From assembly GCA_963841915.1 (NCBI GenBank), contig CAWJEN010000006.1, forward strand, positions 1,408,001 through 1,472,000: a DNA stretch of 64,000 bases. Direction: 5' to 3'. The notes below the pieces were generated by a model. The model ran no database searches, was not told the DNA's origin, and worked only from the letters and a program-made list of their open reading frames with translations. Source of the stretch: an uncultured Planctomycetota bacterium. Its GTDB lineage: Bacteria > Planctomycetota > Phycisphaerae > Tepidisphaerales > Tepidisphaeraceae. The position numbers and the translations under genes are program-made. This document shows, piece by piece, positions 44,097 to 53,640 of this stretch. The stretch's first letter is position 1; each line of letters opens with the position of its first letter.

Positions 44097-44228
44097 ACGC
44101 GTCACCCCGGCGAGGTCCCTCGGCTGCGCTCGGGATGACGGAGCGTGGCGACGGCCGAGGGCACCAAGGGACGATCGGCCGCTCCCCTTCGTCATCCTGA
44201 GCGACCGAAGGGCGTCGAAGGACCTCGT
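44097..44228. repeat. REP-like elements of the same family between proB and purE
   Basis: AGGTCCCTCGGCTGCGCTCGGGATGACGG and CGTCATCCTGAGCGA...CGAAGGACCT. Confidence 0.65.
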
Positions 44229-44244
44229 TCGGAAATCGATCAGC

Positions 44245-45336
44245 TCAGTCCATCACCAGGCTGTCGCGGTGGACGAGCTCGGCCTGGAAGCCGCCGCCGA
44301 GTTGGCTCGAGCGTTTGCCGGCCAGGGAGCGGCAGGTGTCGGCGTCGTGGTCGACGACGCCGCGACCGATGACGTGGCCGGTGTCGTCGCACAGTTCGAC
44401 CACGTCTCCGCGGGCAAAGGTGCCGTCGACTTTGGAGACGCCGGCTGGCAACAGCGACGCGGCCGAACCTTGGAGCGCCCGCACCGCACCGGCGTCGAGC
44501 GTCAGTCGACCGCAGGCGGCGGCGTGGGCGACCCAGCGCAGTCGGCCGCGAAGCCGATCGCCCGTCGCCGGCTCGAACCGCGTGCCGCCCGGCTTGCCGT
44601 GGACGGCGTTGAGCAGGGCGTCCTTCGATCGGCCGTCGGCAAGCACCATGGTCTCGCCCGCGGCGGTGACGAGTCGGGCCGCGGCGAGCTTGCTGGCCAT
44701 GCCGCCCGTGCCGCCGACGCTTGTGCCGTTGCGAACCAGCTTCGCCACATCGGCCACATCGGCCACGCATTCGACCACCCGGCCGTCGGCGTCGAGCAGG
44801 CCCGGCACCGTGCTCAGCAAGACCAGCATCTCGGCCGACAACGCGCTGGCGACGGCGGCGGCGAGGCGGTCGTTGTCGCCGAACGTCTCGGCACCGGCCG
44901 TCGGGCTCGCCAGCTCGGCGGTGCTGACGGTGTCGTTCTCGTTGATGACCGGCACCGCATCGGCCCGCCAGAGGGCGTCGACGGTATTTCGGACGTTCAG
45001 GAACCGCCCGCGATCGTCGATGTCTTCGCGGGTGACGAGGACCTGGCCGCACCGCAGTCCGACCGTTTGGAAGGCCGCCGACCACCGCGCCGCGAGGATC
45101 GGTTGCCCGACGGCGGCGGCGGCTTGAAGTCGCGGCAGGTCACGCGGCCTCGACTGCATGCCCAATAAGGCCGCTCCGGCACCAACAGCGCCGCTGCTGA
45201 CGACGGCAATTCGTCGTCCCTCGGACCACAATAAAGCAACTTGTCGCGCAATTGACGTCAGCACCTGCTCGTCGGCGCGACCCGAAGGTTCGGTAACAAG
45301 GGCCGTCCCAAGCTTGACGACGATGACGCGGGGCAT
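44245..45336 (-). CDS. proB: Glutamate 5-kinase
   Basis: VVKLGT, VSSGAV, INENDTV, FGDNDRL, GTGGMASK and a PUA domain. Confidence 0.96.
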   Translation of the reverse strand: MPRVIVVKLGTALVTEPSGRADEQVLTSIARQVALLWSEGRRIAVVSSGAVGAGAALLGMQSRPRDLPRLQAAAAVGQPILAARWSAAFQTVGLRCGQVLVTREDIDDRGRFLNVRNTVDALWRADAVPVINENDTVSTAELASPTAGAETFGDNDRLAAAVASALSAEMLVLLSTVPGLLDADGRVVECVADVADVAKLVRNGTSVGGTGGMASKLAAARLVTAAGETMVLADGRSKDALLNAVHGKPGGTRFEPATGDRLRGRLRWVAHAAACGRLTLDAGAVRALQGSAASLLPAGVSKVDGTFARGDVVELCDDTGHVIGRGVVDHDADTCRSLAGKRSSQLGGGFQAELVHRDSLVMD

Positions 45337-45564
45337 GAACCCCGCTTTATAGCCCCTTGGCGGCGGGCAGGTCCGAGAACCGTTCAGGCAGCTGGTGCGC
45401 CTACCGGACCCCGTCCGCGGCCAAAAGGTCGTGTTGGTGCGGCGGCGTGTCCGGCGATGAAAACAGTGTCGCCGACTCGCCCAGCGTCGCAGCAAGGGCC
45501 CGGCCGACACGGACACAGATTCATCCCGCAACGGAAGCACTCACCCTCAACGGACGGACCCACC

Positions 45565-46473
45565 ATGGACACCATCAACATCACCGACGCCCTGGACCTG
45601 ACGCACCTCGAAGAAGCCCGCCGCAACGCCCCCAAGATGCGCCTCGTCGGTGGCAGCCAGGACGACACCGACGCCTGCGAAGAACTCAGCAGCTCGGCCC
45701 CTTCGTCACGCCTCTGTGACACGCCCTTGTTCCAGCACTACATCGAAAGCCTGCTGAGCGGTGACCGCCCGGCGTGCCGTCGGCTCATCGACCAGGCCAG
45801 CGAGTGCGGCGTCGGAAGCGAGCGGATGCTGCTCGAGCTGTGCTGGCCCGCAATGGAGGCGATTCGTCAGCTTTACAAGGACACACGCATCAGCCTTGCC
45901 GCCGAGCACATGGCCACGCGGCTGAACCGTGCGACCGTCGACCGCATCACCGGCGAGCTGCCGGCCCAGCACATCAACGGCCGCAAGGCTCTGGTCCTGT
46001 GCGGCGACGCCCAGGGCGAAGAGCTCGGCGGGCAGATCGTCGCCGACCTGTTCGAGGCGAGCGGCTACGAGGTCAAGTTCCTCGGCGGTGGCATCCCGAA
46101 CGACGAGGTCAACCACCTTGTAGGGTTGTGGCAGCCGGAGCTGCTGGTGATGTTCGCCACGCTGCCGACTGAGATGCCGCTGGCCCGCCAGCTGATCGAT
46201 CACCTTCGCTCGCACAATTCGGCCCCGCAGATGCAGGTCATGTGCTGTGGCGGGATCTACAAGCGTGCCCCGGGTCTTGGCGAAGAGGTTGGTGCGGATC
46301 TGGTCGCCGGTGACGCCGCCGATGCGGTGTACGTGGCCGAGACGAACAAGACGAAGCGTGCGACGGCTCGTCAGCAGACGGTGGGCCGGAACCGTCGCGA
46401 GCGTGTGACGCAGGAGAAGAAGGCCGCCCGCGCCGAAGCCGCCGCCGCCCGTCAGGCCCGCAAGGCCGCCTGA
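45565..46473 (+). CDS. Cobalamin-binding-like domain protein (cap + Rossmann)
   Basis: ISLAAEHMAT cap motif; LGGQIVADLFEASGYEVKFLGGGIP and GADL; lacks the DxH His. Confidence 0.75.
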   Translation: MDTINITDALDLTHLEEARRNAPKMRLVGGSQDDTDACEELSSSAPSSRLCDTPLFQHYIESLLSGDRPACRRLIDQASECGVGSERMLLELCWPAMEAIRQLYKDTRISLAAEHMATRLNRATVDRITGELPAQHINGRKALVLCGDAQGEELGGQIVADLFEASGYEVKFLGGGIPNDEVNHLVGLWQPELLVMFATLPTEMPLARQLIDHLRSHNSAPQMQVMCCGGIYKRAPGLGEEVGADLVAGDAADAVYVAETNKTKRATARQQTVGRNRRERVTQEKKAARAEAAAARQARKAA

Positions 46474-46495
46474 GTTCCTTCAAGTCGAGTGGAGG

Positions 46496-46548
46496 AGCCA
46501 GAGGTGTGCGACGAGCCGGACTTGGGCCTTGTCGCACACCTCTGGCTG
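46496..46548. terminator. Long hairpin after the B12-like gene
   Basis: AGCCAGAGGTGTGCGAC ... GTCGCACACCTCTGGCT followed by a T-rich tail. Confidence 0.6.
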
Positions 46549-46618
46549 TTCGTTTTGCCCTTGAGGTTCTTTGGCCGTTGCCTGAAGCGGTTAACGTCGA
46601 CTAGCGTTAACTGGAACA

Positions 46619-47809
46619 ATGTCAGTCACCACAATTTCGCCAAAGAATGCCCTGCGGTCGCTAGATGACGCGGCTTTGCAGTCTCTGCTCAACGCACCGG
46701 CCGACGATGGGCCTTGCATCTCGATTTACCTGCCGACGCACCGTCGCGGCAGCGAGACGCGGGAGAACTCGATCCGTTACAAGGCGTTGCTCAAGCAAGT
46801 TCGCGAAGAGCTGTCGGGTGGTAATGGCAGTTCTGCCGAGGCCATGAGCCGCGTCGAGGCGCTCGAGCAGCTTGCCGAGGACAACGATTTCTGGCAGCAC
46901 CAGCTCGACGGCCTTGCGATCTTCAGCAGCAAGTCGACGAGCCGCATGTATCGCGTCGGCACGCCGTTCCGCGAGCGAGCGGCCGTGGCCGACAGCTTCC
47001 ACGTCAAGCCGATAATCCGCGTCCTGCAGACGGCCGGTCGGTACCACTTGCTGGCCCTGACGGCCAAGAGCGTCCGCCTCTACGAAGGCGGCATGAACGG
47101 CCTGGACGAAGTGCCGCTGAAGGACGAGGTGCCGCGCAGCGTCATCGAAGCCCTCGGCGGGCAGCTCGACGGCGAGCTCAACGTCAACTCCTACGGCGGC
47201 CTGTCCAACAGCGGCATGTTCCACGGCCACCACGACTCCAAGGACGAACGCTCCAAGGATCGCGAGCGCTATCTGCGGGCCGTCGACCGCGCAATCTACG
47301 ATTACCACCGTCGCGACAACCCGCTGCCGCTTTACCTCGCGGCAGACGTCGACTACCACGACACGTTCTTCGGCCTCACCCACGACCCGCGGGCGACCAA
47401 GAAGGGCATCCGTATCAACCCCGACGCCGTCGAAGTCGATCAGAAGCGGCTGCACGAAGAGATGAAGCAGGTCATGCTGCCTGACCTGGACAAAGAAGTC
47501 CACGAGCTTGTCGAGCAATTCGGCAACGCCAAGGCCAAGCAGCAGGGCAGCGACGACCTCAACGACGTTGCGTTGGCTGCACAGCAGGGGCGTGTGTTGA
47601 CGCTGCTCGTCAGTGACGATATGTCGGTCGGTGGCCGCATCGATCCGGCGACGGGCAAGGTCACCTTGATGGACGAGTCGGACCCCGACGCAGATGATCT
47701 ACTCGACGACTTGTGCGAAATGGCCATGAAGACCGGCGGCAACGTGCGGGTCATTCCCGGTGACAAACACCCTAGCGACAGCGGCGTCGCGGCCGTCTAC
47801 CGCTACTGA
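46619..47809 (+). CDS. Bacterial archaeo-eukaryotic release factor-like protein (baeRF3 family)
   Basis: PCISIYLPTHR, FWQHQLDGLAIF, VADSFHVKP, GRVLTLLV, DDLLDDL and AAVYRY. Confidence 0.78.
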   Translation: MSVTTISPKNALRSLDDAALQSLLNAPADDGPCISIYLPTHRRGSETRENSIRYKALLKQVREELSGGNGSSAEAMSRVEALEQLAEDNDFWQHQLDGLAIFSSKSTSRMYRVGTPFRERAAVADSFHVKPIIRVLQTAGRYHLLALTAKSVRLYEGGMNGLDEVPLKDEVPRSVIEALGGQLDGELNVNSYGGLSNSGMFHGHHDSKDERSKDRERYLRAVDRAIYDYHRRDNPLPLYLAADVDYHDTFFGLTHDPRATKKGIRINPDAVEVDQKRLHEEMKQVMLPDLDKEVHELVEQFGNAKAKQQGSDDLNDVALAAQQGRVLTLLVSDDMSVGGRIDPATGKVTLMDESDPDADDLLDDLCEMAMKTGGNVRVIPGDKHPSDSGVAAVYRY

Positions 47810-47814
47810 GCATC

Positions 47815-48171
47815 ATGTCCACCACGCCACGCACGCTCGACGTCAACGTCCCGCACAACCTCGGCAAAGCCGAGGCGCGGCGACGGCTGATGGCCGGTCT
47901 TAACAAGGCAACCGGCCTCGCCGCCGGTGCGGCCCAGGCTGTGCAGGTCGATGTCCGTGAGACGACAGGCGATCGGCTCGACATCTCGGCCAGCGCGATG
48001 GGTCAGTCCCTGACTGGCCACGTTGATGTCTTCGACGACAAGGTGTCGATCCACGTGACGTTGCCCTGGTTGCTGGCGAAGTTGGCTGAGAAGCTCAAGC
48101 CGATGATCCAGCAGCGCGCGTCTGACGCCCTCAAGCTGCCGGGCCCGAGCGGCCCGCCGGCGAAGAACTAG
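47815..48171 (+). CDS. Polyhydroxyalkanoic-acid-system family protein
   Basis: VPHNLGKAEARRRL ... VTLPWLLA. Confidence 0.7.
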   Translation: MSTTPRTLDVNVPHNLGKAEARRRLMAGLNKATGLAAGAAQAVQVDVRETTGDRLDISASAMGQSLTGHVDVFDDKVSIHVTLPWLLAKLAEKLKPMIQQRASDALKLPGPSGPPAKN

Positions 48172-48370
48172 CGTCGCGCGGTCGCGTCTGCCACAGCACA
48201 CCCGCCACGCCGCCCACGGAGACAAGGGCGGCGGTGACCATGAGCCAGATGGCACCGTTGAACGCCTGAGACTTGTCAACGGCATCGAGGGCGACCGTCT
48301 CCACGCACTGCGGACACGCCGCCGCTATGGCGGGGCACAGCAGGATCGTCGATAGCGTCAGTCGCTTCAC
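48131..48370 (-). CDS. Small CPxC membrane protein of the cytochrome oxidase assembly cluster
   Basis: VKRLTLSTILLCPAIAAACPQC...FNGAIWLM + TM; GTGA overlap with the DUF420 gene. Confidence 0.6.
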   Translation of the reverse strand: MKRLTLSTILLCPAIAAACPQCVETVALDAVDKSQAFNGAIWLMVTAALVSVGGVAGVLWQTRPRDASSSPAGRSGPAA

Positions 48371-48828
48371 GCAGCCGCCTCCGGCACGGCCATCATCGGC
48401 AGGACGTGGTAGAGCAGGAAGTAGACCATCACGCCCGTCACACTCACGTACAACCACATCCAAAAGGCCGGGCGGCTGTACCGCTTGTGCTTGGCCCATT
48501 GTCGCTGCGACGCGTGCCAGACGGCCATGCCGATGAACGGCAGGACGAGGATTGCCACGCCCACGTGGACGGCCAGGAACGTGAGGTAACCAAACTTCAC
48601 CCACGCCGGCATCACGCCGATCGACGCCGTCGTGCGGCTGCCGAACGTGAAGTTGCTGTAGAGGTAGCACGCGAGAAACACCGCCGACACGCACACCGCC
48701 GAGACCATCAGGATGCCGTGCCTGCGGTAGTGGCCGCGTCGCACATTGACGTACGCCGCCACCAGCAACACGCCGCTGACGGCGTTGAGGCAGGAGTTGA
48801 CGAGGGCAAACGTTTCTTTGGCGTCCAT
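48367..48828 (-). CDS. DUF420 family protein (CtaM-like)
   Basis: NSCLN, H..LM, FLACYL, HKR..R and WLYVSVTGV. Confidence 0.88.
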   Translation of the reverse strand: MDAKETFALVNSCLNAVSGVLLVAAYVNVRRGHYRRHGILMVSAVCVSAVFLACYLYSNFTFGSRTTASIGVMPAWVKFGYLTFLAVHVGVAILVLPFIGMAVWHASQRQWAKHKRYSRPAFWMWLYVSVTGVMVYFLLYHVLPMMAVPEAAA

Positions 48829-48843
48829 GAGGTGGTGCCGGCT

Positions 48844-49458
48844 CTATTCGGCCATCAACTTCTTCGCGTCGGCGGCGAGCTTGGTCATGCCGTCCGGGTC
48901 GTCGTTGCCGTACAGCCCGCGAACCGTGCCGCTTTCGTCGACGAGCAGAAACCGTGTGGTGTGCCCGAAATCGTCTGCGACGGCAAGCCCCATCTTGGCG
49001 GCCAGTGTCGTCATGCCCTCTCGGTCCAGACCGGTCAGCAGGTGCCAGCGGTCGCTGGGGGCGTCACCGGTGATCGTCTCGACGTAGTTCTTCATCGCCT
49101 CCGGCGTGTCGCGATCGGGGTCGACCGTGAAGCTGACGAACTCAACGCCTTCGGGCAGAGCGTCTTGAAGATCGCCCATCTTGCCGACCATCATCGGGCA
49201 CGCACCGGTCGGGCAGTGCGTCAGGAAGATGAAGCCGACCCACGGCTTGCCTTGGAGGTCCGCACTCGTGAACGGCTCGCTGTTCTGGTCAATGAGCTCG
49301 AACTCGGGCGTCGGAAAATACGCTTCGAGCGGCCCGTCCTCAGCCACATTCATCGACGCGTTGGCGGACGGCGTGCGAGACTGCTGCCACAAAAGCGCTG
49401 CAGCCGACGCGATGGCCAAAGCCCACAAAATTGTCCTCGCCACCTTGAGATAACGCAT
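48844..49458 (-). CDS. SCO family copper chaperone
   Basis: FELIDQ, CPTGAC, FTVDPDRDTPE and HTTRFLLVD. Confidence 0.9.
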   Translation of the reverse strand: MRYLKVARTILWALAIASAAALLWQQSRTPSANASMNVAEDGPLEAYFPTPEFELIDQNSEPFTSADLQGKPWVGFIFLTHCPTGACPMMVGKMGDLQDALPEGVEFVSFTVDPDRDTPEAMKNYVETITGDAPSDRWHLLTGLDREGMTTLAAKMGLAVADDFGHTTRFLLVDESGTVRGLYGNDDPDGMTKLAADAKKLMAE

Positions 49459-49459
49459 C

Positions 49460-50314
49460 TCAAGACTCTACGTCGGCGCGGCTCGGCTTGTTGGCCACAT
49501 AGCACGCTGCGGCGAACAGTCCCACCCCTGCCGCCGCCGTCACCACCCCGCACAACCACAACGGCGGCAGGCTCGACGCGTCACTGCCCAGCCCGCTTCG
49601 CAGCCCCGCCAACCCGTACGTCAGCGGGTTCGCGTAAGTCAGCCACCGCACCGGTGCGAATTCTGCCGCCCCGATCGGGAAGACCGCGCCGCTGAGGAAC
49701 CACAAGGGCATCAGCAGCAGGTTCATCGCCACGTGATACCCCTGCGTACTTGTCATCGGCCACGCCAGCAGCACGCCTAGGGACACGAGCGCGAAGCTCA
49801 GCCCGATCACGAAGAGGGCCGCGATCAGGAAGCCGACGATGCCGAACGAAACGCCCGCCAGTGGAGACAGGACGAGCAGCAGCAGCGCCTGCGCCGCCGC
49901 CAGCGAACCGCCGCCGAGCACCTTGCCCAGCACCACACTCCAACGCGGCACCGGGGCCGTCAGCACGCCCTGCATGAACCCCTCGCGGCGGTCCTCGATC
50001 AGGGTAATGGTCGCAAAAATGGCCGTAAACAGGACGACCATCAGCAACATGCCCGGGAAGAAGTAGGTCAGGTATGCCTCGTCGCTGCCGGGGGCCTTGA
50101 AGCTGTCACCCATGCCGCCGCCCAGGAGCAGCCAGAAGACGACGGGCGTCAGGATCGCCCCGATGACGCGGTTGCGTTGCCTTAAGAATCGGACCCACTC
50201 GCGCGACGCCAGCGCCATCGCCGCCGACAGAGGGGCGGCTGTGACCGCCGTCGGACGGCGAAGGGTCGACGCGGGTTCGACGACGGAAAGCGGAGCGGTC
50301 GCGGCTTGTGTCAA
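49460..50314 (-). CDS. ABC-2 type transporter permease
   Basis: REWVRFLRQ, YFFPG, EDRREGF, LGKVLG, FLSGAVFP and NPLTYG. Confidence 0.9.
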   Translation of the reverse strand: MTQAATAPLSVVEPASTLRRPTAVTAAPLSAAMALASREWVRFLRQRNRVIGAILTPVVFWLLLGGGMGDSFKAPGSDEAYLTYFFPGMLLMVVLFTAIFATITLIEDRREGFMQGVLTAPVPRWSVVLGKVLGGGSLAAAQALLLLVLSPLAGVSFGIVGFLIAALFVIGLSFALVSLGVLLAWPMTSTQGYHVAMNLLLMPLWFLSGAVFPIGAAEFAPVRWLTYANPLTYGLAGLRSGLGSDASSLPPLWLCGVVTAAAGVGLFAAACYVANKPSRADVES

Positions 50315-50365
50315 GGCAGCTCATCCTATTGCGACCGTCTTCGCCGCGTCAGCGACGCAACGCAG

Positions 50366-51355
50366 TCAGTCCAGCTTCACATCGACGTAGACCGGCAGGT
50401 GGTCGCTCGCCACCCGCGCCCAGGGCGTGTCGTACACGCCGATGACCTGCACCTGTGGTGCGAGGTCGGGCGTGGCGACGATGTGATCGATAAAGCTGCG
50501 ATACCGATCCCGCCAGTAACCGCTGAAGGTTTGGACGCCTGCGTCGGCAAGGCTTTGCGTGACGAGGACGAGATCGTTCGTCGCGTCGTCGTCATTGGTG
50601 CCGACAAGGTCGCCGATGACATCGCCGCCGGCTTCGAGCTCGAATTCCTGCACGCCGACCTCGTCGTTCATGTCGCCCAGCAGGAGGACGCCGGCCTCGC
50701 CCTTGGCGGCGAGATCACGGATGATGTCGTGCGTCGCCTTGGCTTCTGCGGCACGCCACCTGGTGACCTCAACGCTGTTGCCGCCTTTGGACTTCTGGTG
50801 CGTGACGCCGACCCAGACCCGCTTGCCGTCAGGCGTCTCGACCAACACGAACGCCGGCCCGCGGGCAAAGAGAAAGTCGCTCCTGGGATTCAGATCGCCT
50901 TCGTCGGGCATCTTGTAGAACTGGTCTTCGGTCTCGACGATGGTGAACCCGTCTCGCAAAAGGATGCCCAGCGTCTGCACGCGATCCGAGTTGCCGGCAA
51001 AGACGACCCGCGTCGGGTAGGTGCCTTCAAGCCACTGGTCGGCGAATGCATCGAGCGAGGCCTGGTCGCACCCTTCTTCGAACACGAGCACGTCGGGGGC
51101 AAATGCCGGATCAAGCAGGACCTGGGCGATTTCCCAGTTGTCTTCGTCGTTCTGATATCGCTCCTGGGTCCGCTGCTCGCGGCCTTCTTCGGTGGCAGGC
51201 TCGGGCAGACCCTTGTCGCGAAGGGACTGAAAGTGGTCGTTCCAGTTCTCGATGTTCCACGTCGCCACCCGCACGTTCCCGGGCATCGGCGGCGCGGCGA
51301 GCGCGGGCGACGCGACACACAGAAGGGCGGCAACGGCAAGGGCGGAACGGATCAC
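50366..51355 (-). CDS. Secreted endonuclease/exonuclease/phosphatase family protein
   Basis: Signal peptide; ATWNIEN, HQKSK, LGDMND, IDHI and ASDHLPV. Confidence 0.88.
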   Translation of the reverse strand: MIRSALAVAALLCVASPALAAPPMPGNVRVATWNIENWNDHFQSLRDKGLPEPATEEGREQRTQERYQNDEDNWEIAQVLLDPAFAPDVLVFEEGCDQASLDAFADQWLEGTYPTRVVFAGNSDRVQTLGILLRDGFTIVETEDQFYKMPDEGDLNPRSDFLFARGPAFVLVETPDGKRVWVGVTHQKSKGGNSVEVTRWRAAEAKATHDIIRDLAAKGEAGVLLLGDMNDEVGVQEFELEAGGDVIGDLVGTNDDDATNDLVLVTQSLADAGVQTFSGYWRDRYRSFIDHIVATPDLAPQVQVIGVYDTPWARVASDHLPVYVDVKLD

Positions 51356-51387
51356 GCCAAACCCTATCCAGCAACGCCAGCCGCCGC

Positions 51388-51558
51388 TTAAGCCTTGCGC
51401 ATTGGCGGTGGGGCGATCTGGCAAGCCTCGCCCAGGTGCGACGGAGCCACGTGCAACATCGGCGGCGTCTCCACCCCCGAGCCGTCCGCCGTCCGCACCC
51501 GGACCCGAAGAAACGACAGCCACCGCCGCAAGAAGCGCCTCCGCCGACGGTTCCTCAC
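51388..51558 (-). CDS. Possible 56-aa Arg-rich small protein
   Basis: GTG start after AGGGGG; VRNRRRRRFLRRWLSFLRV...; no family recognised. Confidence 0.3.
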   Translation of the reverse strand: MRNRRRRRFLRRWLSFLRVRVRTADGSGVETPPMLHVAPSHLGEACQIAPPPMRKA

Positions 51559-51979
51559 GTCCCCCCTGTGCGAGTCAGCCCCGGCCGCCGCCGAATCGCA
51601 CGACGCGGGTGGGTATGGATCTTGCCATGGCCAGCTCGCCCTTGTCGCCACCCCGGCCGATGCGGTACAACATGTGCGTGCGACGGCTGCGAACATCACG
51701 CTGTACTCAAGGGGTCGAAAAGGCTCGCGACCCCTTTATCTGCCTCACCGCGTGCAACGATTGCCGATCCCCCCAGGCAACAACGCGAGGAAAAGGCTCG
51801 CGACTCCTTTATCTGCCTCACCGCGTGCAACGATTGCCGATCCCCCCAGGCAACAACGCGAGGAAAAGGCTCGCGACCCCTTTATCTGCCTCCCGCGACC
51901 CCTTTATCTGCCTCAGTGGGTGTACGGACGAAGGCGTTACATACTTTCATTGAAAATACTCTACTGGAGATAGACGCAG

Positions 51980-52699
51980 ATGAAGTCATTACCACTCCTC
52001 ACACTGGCAGCCGCGATATCATGCGGCTTCATTATGTACCACGTGGTGAATGGCGGCTCGCAAGTTTTCACGATGATCAAGACGAGTTCTCTAGCAGACT
52101 TCGATAGTGTCTTTCACAAAATAGGAGCTCAATCGCTTCTTGCAGACAGTTTAGGCGAAGATATCTATACCGAGGCATATGATTTCGGATCAGAAAGGAT
52201 CTATTTCGTGAAAGTTAAGTTCCCTGATGACGAAGATCTCCAAAATTGGTTAGCCAGTACGCCAGCTATCACGTCCGGCGAAGTCAATGAATATCATCAA
52301 GTAGCTATCGCGAGACGATTTAGGAGCAATCTGAATGTGTTTCCGGGATGGTTTCCACCAGAAGCAATCGAGAGCGGGAGAACTTTCTTTGGCGAGAGCA
52401 TTAGTGGCAATTACATCGGGTGGATGGCGGCAAGCAGAGGTCGCTCGCAAACTGATGGGGCACACCTCTTTTTCCTCATGGTTCGAGAGCACAGGGAAGA
52501 TAAAGGGGGACGGCAGACAAAGGGGGCAGACAAAGGGGTCGCGAGCCTTTTCTGCCTCCGGATGTTTCATGGCCCGGTCTACCCTTGTCGCCACCCCGGC
52601 CGAAGCGGTATAACATGCGGGTGCGAACATCATGCTGTGCTCACGGTGTCGAAAAAGCTCGCGACCCCTTTACCTGCCTCCCGGAATCAATTAAGGTGA
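51980..52699 (+). CDS. Low-GC orphan cargo ORF 1 (N-terminal hydrophobic segment; reads through into the repeats)
   Basis: GGAGA RBS; AT-rich codon usage up to ~52500, then the frame continues through REP sequence. Confidence 0.6.
   Translation: MKSLPLLTLAAAISCGFIMYHVVNGGSQVFTMIKTSSLADFDSVFHKIGAQSLLADSLGEDIYTEAYDFGSERIYFVKVKFPDDEDLQNWLASTPAITSGEVNEYHQVAIARRFRSNLNVFPGWFPPEAIESGRTFFGESISGNYIGWMAASRGRSQTDGAHLFFLMVREHREDKGGRQTKGADKGVASLFCLRMFHGPVYPCRHPGRSGITCGCEHHAVLTVSKKLATPLPASRNQLR
52532..52671 (+). promoter_or_regulatory. REP doublet enclosing a sigma70-like promoter (TTGTCG-N18-TATAAC); related copies at ~51620-51737, 53409-53557 and truncated at 54650-54720
   Basis: Near-identical ~100-bp core CATGGCCCGGTCTACCCTTGTCGCCACCCCGGCCGAAGCGGTA(T/C)AACATG. 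Confidence 0.55.
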
Positions 52700-52944
52700 A
52701 CCGCGTGCGGCAGCCCTCCACCATGCCTGATGTCCGCCCGCTAATGCCGGGTGAGCCACAACAAAGGCTCGCGACCCCTTTATCCGCCCTAAGGTGAACC
52801 GCGTGCGGCAGCCCTCCACCATGCCTGATGTCCGCCCGCTAATGCCGGGTGAGCCACAACAAAGGCTCGCGACCCCTTTATCCGCCCTAGCAGAGTGTTT
52901 CGGTCAATGTGGCGGGTTCGCCTCATGTGGAGGAGGTGGTTCCT

Positions 52945-53394
52945 TTGCTTAGTAGATTTAAGATTGTTACATGGATCATGCAATGGCGAGTCTTGCTAGT
53001 CGCGGTGCCTGCATTGTTTGTGTTCCTATGCCTTGATGTTGAGCATGTGAGGATTAGGGAGACACCGGATCGAGATGCCTCCACAATACATAGAATCGAT
53101 GTCGACTCGGGAAGGTTCAAATATACTCAGACCATCATGGGGACAGAGGATTTTGTCAGGTTTGAGCAGTCAGAGCTAAGATCAGCTGAGACGGGTGTAA
53201 ACGTAAAGCTCCCATCGCTTAATCGCGTGCTGGTGCTCCAGCCGGAGCTGGTACACTTTGCCCGAATCTCAGGTGACAAAATGGTTGTATCGACCGTCAG
53301 TATCATCGTACCTGCCGCACTGACTGTAGGTGCAGGCTTGCTATTTGTTTTGATTAGCAAGACCCTGTTTCTGCGGAAGTGGAGGGGGAGATAG
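52945..53394 (+). CDS. Low-GC orphan cargo ORF 2 (two TM segments)
   Basis: GGAGGAGG RBS 8 nt before TTG; hydrophobic N- and C-terminal segments. Confidence 0.6.
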   Translation: MLSRFKIVTWIMQWRVLLVAVPALFVFLCLDVEHVRIRETPDRDASTIHRIDVDSGRFKYTQTIMGTEDFVRFEQSELRSAETGVNVKLPSLNRVLVLQPELVHFARISGDKMVVSTVSIIVPAALTVGAGLLFVLISKTLFLRKWRGR

Positions 53395-53640
53395 AAAGGG
53401 GCGGAGATAAAGGGGTCGCGAGCCTTTTCTGCCTCCGGATGGTTCATGGCCCGGTCTACCCTTGTCGCCACCCCGGCCGAAGCGGTACAACATGCGGGTG
53501 CGACGGCTGCGAACATCAAGCTGTACTCAAGGTGTCGAAAAGGCTCGCGACCCTTTTACCTGCCCCCCTTTTATCTGCCCTCAAGGTGTCGAAAAGGCTC
53601 GCGACCCCTTTATCTGCCCCGAAAGAAAAGAATCACGAGA

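Noticed and set aside
51718..51914. CRISPR array
   Set aside because: Spacers are identical duplicates or very unequal in length, repeats occur in both orientations, and there are no cas genes. The adjacent RAYT explains the repeats.
51395..51973. ORFs with repeated KRLATPLS / EKARDPF / KGSRAF peptides across the island
   Set aside because: These are translations of the DNA repeats, not credible proteins.
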